Part shown: positions 59,884 to 64,000 of the stretch, one piece after another
How positions within the stretch are numbered: position 1 is the stretch's first letter
How the letters are laid out: the number at the start of each line of letters is the position of its first letter
From: an uncultured Chthonomonadaceae bacterium
GTDB taxonomy: Bacteria > Armatimonadota > Chthonomonadetes > Chthonomonadales > Chthonomonadaceae
Length of the DNA stretch: 64,000 nt
Assembly (NCBI GenBank): GCA_963817895.1
Contig: CAWFQB010000001.1
Location: 736,001 to 800,000, forward strand
Reading direction: 5' to 3'
Program-made: the position numbers and the translations under genes
The notes under the pieces: model-generated
Seen by the model: only the letters and a program-made list of their open reading frames with translations
What the model was told of the DNA's origin: nothing
Databases searched by the model: none

Positions 59884-60522
59884 TCAATAAGCAATGGTGA
59901 ATCGCTGGCGGATATGCTGCGGATTTTCCGCTTCATCCACAAGCGCGACGGCGTAGTCTTCCGCCGATATGCGGCTGTTGCCTTCCGCGTCGGTCAGCAG
60001 TTGGTCGCCGCCCAATCGGAATTTGCCGGTACGCTCACCCGGTTCAATGAAGGCTGCGGGGCTGAAATAGCTGAAATCCAGATCGTTGCCCTCCGCCCTG
60101 TACACGTCGAGCGCGTCACGGTGCGCGAGGACAAGCGGCATCCACTCTTTGGGCAGATTGTCCGTATCCAATAGCTGAACGCCCGGAGCCACTTCCAGCG
60201 TACCCGCGCCGCCGACAATTACCAGACGCTTGACGCCCGCCTGCTTCAGTCCGGCAATCAGGGAGCGGGCGGCTGTCACCAGCGTTTGCGGATCGCCGCT
60301 GCCTGGCCCGTAGGCAGTAATCACAACATCGTGTCCCGCCACGACCTGCGCCACGCTTTGTGGGTTGAGAATGTCGCCCGTGATGGTTTGCAGGGTGGAA
60401 TTCTGCGCCGTTACGCCGGAGGGGTCGCGCGCGATAGCGGTAACATCATGGCCGCGCTGCAACGCTTCCCGCAAAATCCGCTGCCCGATCATTCCCGTCG
60501 CGCCAAACAAAACGATTTTCAT
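59884..60522 (-). CDS. NAD(P)-dependent oxidoreductase (NAD_binding_10)
   Basis: MKIVLFGATGMIG, VGGAG and ISAEDYAVA. Confidence 0.93.
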   Translation of the reverse strand: MKIVLFGATGMIGQRILREALQRGHDVTAIARDPSGVTAQNSTLQTITGDILNPQSVAQVVAGHDVVITAYGPGSGDPQTLVTAARSLIAGLKQAGVKRLVIVGGAGTLEVAPGVQLLDTDNLPKEWMPLVLAHRDALDVYRAEGNDLDFSYFSPAAFIEPGERTGKFRLGGDQLLTDAEGNSRISAEDYAVALVDEAENPQHIRQRFTIAY

Positions 60523-60731
60523 TTCAAACTTCCTTCCTCACTACTTCCTTTTTGTTTGCGTTTCCTGCCACTGACGCGCGGGAAACATGCTATTATTTAG
60601 AACGCCTGAGCCGAGGTTTTTGCAGCATTTTCTAATGGGATTTGCGCGTGTTTTTTACCTGCTCTTGTGGCGAGGCAAGGCTTGATAGCGAGTTGACGCG
60701 GCTTCATGCGGCTTTTGAAGGACGAATTATT

Positions 60732-62023
60732 CTGATTACACAACGCGAAGGGAACGCGCCCACAGCCGCCGCTTCCTCCCATTCCATTCTGTGGCAGCGG
60801 CGGATGCTGGCATTTACATGCTGCGCGATGATGTTTTTGTATGCCGCGTATTTGGGCGCGATTGGCGTGCTGCTTCCCGCTGTGGGCAAAACGTTCGAGC
60901 TTGGTTCCGCCGCGCAGGGGCGTTTGTTTCCCGCCAATTTCGTCGGCTTCATCCTGATTGTGCTGATTGCCGCGCCCGCGTCGGATCGCTGGAACCGCAA
61001 AACGGTGCTGATGCTCGGACAGGCGATGTTTGTAACCGGCTTGATCGTGTTCAGCCGCGCGCCTTCGTTCGGTGTCGCGCTTGCCGCGTCCCTGCTCATC
61101 GGCGGGGGAAGCGGCGCGGTGGGCGTGATTTCCAGCGCGTTGGCCTCGGATTTGTATCCATTGCGGCGTGGCGCGATGCTGGCGGCGATTCAGGTGGCGT
61201 TCGGATTGGGAGCCGCGCTTGGACCGGGATTGGGAAGCGTCCTGCTGTCGCATCAAGTCTCGTGGCGCTTGCTGTACGCGGGCGCGGCGTTCGCCGGGTT
61301 CGCCCTGCTGCTGGCGTTACAGGCGCAGAAGGAAGAGGGGGAGACAAGGAGAAGTGGAGAAGAGGGAAAAGGGAAAAGGGAAAAGGGAATAGGAGAATCC
61401 CCCTCAACTATCAACTATCAACTATCACCTCCCTCAACTATGCTCTCGCTGCGAAGCAACGCCCGGTACAACTGCTGTGCGTGATGCAGATTTGCTATGC
61501 GGGGGCTGAGGTTGGCTATTTCTCGTGGATGCCTACGTATTTTCAGACACAACTGCCGGGAGGCGCAGCCCTTGCGGGCGCGGTTATCAGCGTGTTCTGG
61601 ATTGCTATGACAATCGGGCGCAGTTTGACCGGCAAGTTTATGGGGCAGGCAGGCTTTATGCGCTCGTGCGCTTATCTGGCGACTGCGGGAGCCGTTTGCG
61701 CCGGAGTGACGCTGATCTGGCATAATCCCACAGTGGTTTTAGCCTGTATAGTTTTAACAGGCCTGTGCTTTGCGGGCATTTTTATTCTGATGAGCGCGGA
61801 AGCGAGCGAGCGGTACGCGCATAGTCTGGGCGCGATTTTCGGCTGCATCGTGGCGTGTGGCGGATTGGGAACCTCGCTGATTCCCTGGGCGGTTGGCGCG
61901 GTTGCGTCCACGAAAGTTGGTTGGACAGGCGGGCTGATGCTGGTTCCCCTTGCGGCGTTGGGCGTCGCCGCCTGCGCAATCCTATTGGGGCGTGAAAAGC
62001 AGTACGAGATTAGCCGCGAATAA
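60732..62023 (+). CDS. MFS transporter split by a frameshift inside a heptamer insert
   Basis: TM1-6 lie in the 60642 frame (SDRWNRK motif A) and TM7-12 in the 60791 frame. The switch falls within 61328-61440; start uncertain. Confidence 0.85.
61328..61440 (+). repeat. Compound heptamer insert in the MFS central loop
   Basis: (GGGAAAA)3 GGGAATA + (TCAACTA)3 with further degenerate units. Confidence 0.9.
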
Positions 62024-62041
62024 ACGCGAATGAACGCGAAT
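62010..62041. repeat. Decamer repeat (ACGCGAATNA family)
   Basis: TTAGCCGCGAAT AAACGCGAAT GAACGCGAAT; supplies the MFS stop codon; relative at 28337-28368. Confidence 0.8.
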
Positions 62042-62092
62042 AGCCATTCAGTCAGGGGAGAATAAACATCATGTCCTACGTACATCTTATAT

Positions 62093-62150
62093 CTAAAAAG
62101 CCCCTCTCCTAGCGCGTTGCGCGGCAAGGAGAGGGGCTGGGGTGAGGTAT
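62093..62150. repeat. Solo REP-like palindrome
   Basis: Near-identical to the right arm of the 44061-44344 element. Confidence 0.82.
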
Positions 62151-62171
62151 TTAGTTTTGAGGAGTAAGGAA

Positions 62172-62718
62172 TTGGGCAAGATTATGGGGCTGGATGTGGG
62201 GGCGAAGACGATTGGGGTCGCATTTTGCGAGGAGGGGACGCGGCTGGCGTTTCCGGGGAAAACTATCTGGCGGCAGGAGGGCAAAAAGCGCGACATGGCT
62301 GCTCTGCGCCAACTGGTTGCCGAAAATGACGTGAAGCGTATCGTGGTCGGAATTCCCCTGCTTTCCGACGGCTCGCGCGGCCCGCAGGCGGAAACCATCG
62401 AAGCGTTTATTGCCACGCTGCGCAACAGCGTCCGTATCCCCATTGTCACGCAGGACGAGCATTTGTCCACGCAGGAAGCTGAACAACTATTGTTCGCCGC
62501 AAACCGCCCCCGCGCCGAACACAAACGCACCCTCGATTCCGTCGCCGCCGCGCTGATTCTGCAATGGCATCTTGAGGAAGAAGAGGGGGAGAGAGGGAAG
62601 AGGGAAGAGGGAAGAGGGAAAAGAAAAGATACAAGATACAAGATACAAGATACAAGAAGAAGAGAACTCTTTCCTTTTCCCTCTTCCCTCTTCCCTGAGT
62701 GGGGCTGCCGATGTCTGA
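62172..62718 (+). CDS. ruvX: Holliday junction resolvase-like RuvX/YqgF with heptamer-derived C-terminal tail (apparent frameshift)
   Basis: MGLDVGAKTIGVA, IVVGIP, QDEHLST and DSVAAALILQ. As written the ORF runs to 62891; the inferred natural stop is 62716-62718. Confidence 0.9.
62576..62695 (+). repeat. Compound heptamer insert at the ruvX 3' end
   Basis: (GGGAAGA)3 GGGAAAA + (AGATACA)4 + TTTTCCC(TCTTCCC)2; the outer arms are complementary. Confidence 0.9.
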
Positions 62719-63787
62719 GCCGGAAACCACGTCGCGAAATTCGCTGCGGGCGCAGACGCTGCGGCAGCAGAAACGGATGCGCCGGATGCGCGGGCTGCTG
62801 GCGGGATTGCTGCTGGCGGGTCTGTGCGCGTGGGGCGGTTGGATGTGGGCGAGTTCCGCGCCTTCCAACAGCCATGCCGCCAAAACCGTAACCATTCCAC
62901 GCGGCGCGAACCGGCTTGCCATCGGCAATCTGCTGGTGGAGCAGGGGCTGATTCGTAGTTCCTATGTATTTATGTTGCAGACGCGAATGGAACACGCCGA
63001 AATCAAGGCGGGCAAGTACCGTCTGACTCCCAACATGGATATGGACGAGGTGATGAAAATTCTGCGGCGCGGCCCGAACGCGACCGTTGAAGGGTTGCCC
63101 GTCACCATTCCCGAAGGCTACACGCTGGAACAGATTGCTGAGGAGATGCAGGCGAAGGGCGTTTCGCAAAGCGAGTCGCTGCTGCAAATGGCGACCGACA
63201 AAGCGTACCTTGCTGGAATTCATGAGGATTTCGCGCTGCCCTCGCAAACGCTGGAGGGTTATCTGTTTCCCGATACCTACTCATTCAAGTACCATTCTCA
63301 GCCGAATGTCGTTTTGGAGGAGATGCTGCGCAACTTCGGGCGGCGGTTCGCGGACGCGCATCAGCAGGAGATTACCGCCAGCGGACACAGTCTGCATGAG
63401 ATTGTTACTATCGCGTCGCTTATCGAGCGGGAAGCGCGCGTCGAGCAGGACCGCGCTCGCATCGCCGGGGTTATCGAGAACCGCCTGCGGCGTAAAATGC
63501 GGCTTCAGATTGATGCCACTGTTCTGTATGCGTTGGGGTATCATAAAGACCGCGTGTTGTACCGGGATTTAACCGTGAAGTCGCCGTATAATACCTACCG
63601 TCACACCGGACTACCCCCCGGCCCGATTGCCAACCCCGGCCTGCCCAGCCTGATGGCCGCCCTGCATCCCGAAACCAACGTCTTTTTGTACTACGTCGCC
63701 CGCCCGGACGGTACGCACCTGTTTTCGCGCACTCCGAAAGAGCATGAGGCCGCCAAACGCCAGGCGCGGCAGGAACGACGAAGGTAA
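62711..63787 (+). CDS. mltG: Endolytic transglycosylase MltG
   Basis: TIPEGY, LEGYLFPDTY, IASLIERE, LQIDAT and SPYNTYRHTGLPPGPIANPG. Confidence 0.96.
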   Translation: MSEPETTSRNSLRAQTLRQQKRMRRMRGLLAGLLLAGLCAWGGWMWASSAPSNSHAAKTVTIPRGANRLAIGNLLVEQGLIRSSYVFMLQTRMEHAEIKAGKYRLTPNMDMDEVMKILRRGPNATVEGLPVTIPEGYTLEQIAEEMQAKGVSQSESLLQMATDKAYLAGIHEDFALPSQTLEGYLFPDTYSFKYHSQPNVVLEEMLRNFGRRFADAHQQEITASGHSLHEIVTIASLIEREARVEQDRARIAGVIENRLRRKMRLQIDATVLYALGYHKDRVLYRDLTVKSPYNTYRHTGLPPGPIANPGLPSLMAALHPETNVFLYYVARPDGTHLFSRTPKEHEAAKRQARQERRR

Positions 63788-63789
63788 GA

Positions 63790-63884
63790 GTATTCGGTAT
63801 TCGGTGTTCGGTGTTCGGCTTATTCTTAAATACCTGCTTAAATCTTTGAATGTTGTACTCTGTTCTGAACACCGAATACCGACT
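63790..63884. repeat. Heptamer inverted repeat (GTRTTCG)4 ... (CGAAYAC)n
   Basis: Begins right after the mltG stop; complementary arm at 63866-63884. Confidence 0.85.
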
Positions 63885-64000
63885 TTTGGGAACAATTAAA
63901 CCGCGCAGAGTGACGAACAGGCAACGATTTTTGAGTTTAAATTTTGAGCAAGGATGGTTTGCCCATGTCACAACAGCCAAACGAAGGCAGCCCGCAAGCG

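Noticed and set aside
652..63884. Possible CRISPR array or DGR among the repeats
   Set aside because: No regularly spaced 25-40 bp repeats with unique spacers and no cas or reverse transcriptase genes. The ATP-grasp tail differences are synonymous, not adenine-specific.
1..64000. tRNA/rRNA genes
   Set aside because: No cloverleaf/T-loop or rRNA signatures recognised by eye.

Overview
GC-rich bacterial chromosomal window. The multiple prepilin/DUF1559 H-X9-DG genes and the general gene style suggest Armatimonadota; this is an inference. In order, the window holds: an ATP-grasp/alpha-E/transglutaminase operon; two Uma2 paralogs split by an IS5-family element; secreted TPR and beta-propeller-like proteins; sucA-sucB; a prepilin/TPR/CRTAC1/multiheme cytochrome cluster; modAB; a GH43; an RND-MFP-TolC pump; an ECF sigma/anti-sigma/RseB module; an M50B peptidase; an MBL hydrolase; an AAA_35 fusion; a UxaA-family dehydratase; an FAD monooxygenase; an AT-rich islet with TnpB; an RNA ligase; an MFS transporter; ruvX; and mltG. 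The most striking signal is a pervasive family of 7-mer (also 8- and 10-mer) tandem-repeat cassettes, typically a purine arm followed by a pyrimidine arm. They occur as intergenic hairpins and as translated inserts in linker loops of sucA, sucB, the cytochrome, the RND pump, the MFS and ruvX. In the MFS and ruvX the reading frame is broken, and it is restored by exactly +1 or -1 heptamer. Separately, the ATP-grasp gene appears to have had its 3' end replaced by a foreign allele, leaving the old tail, which carries a heptamer insert, stranded downstream.
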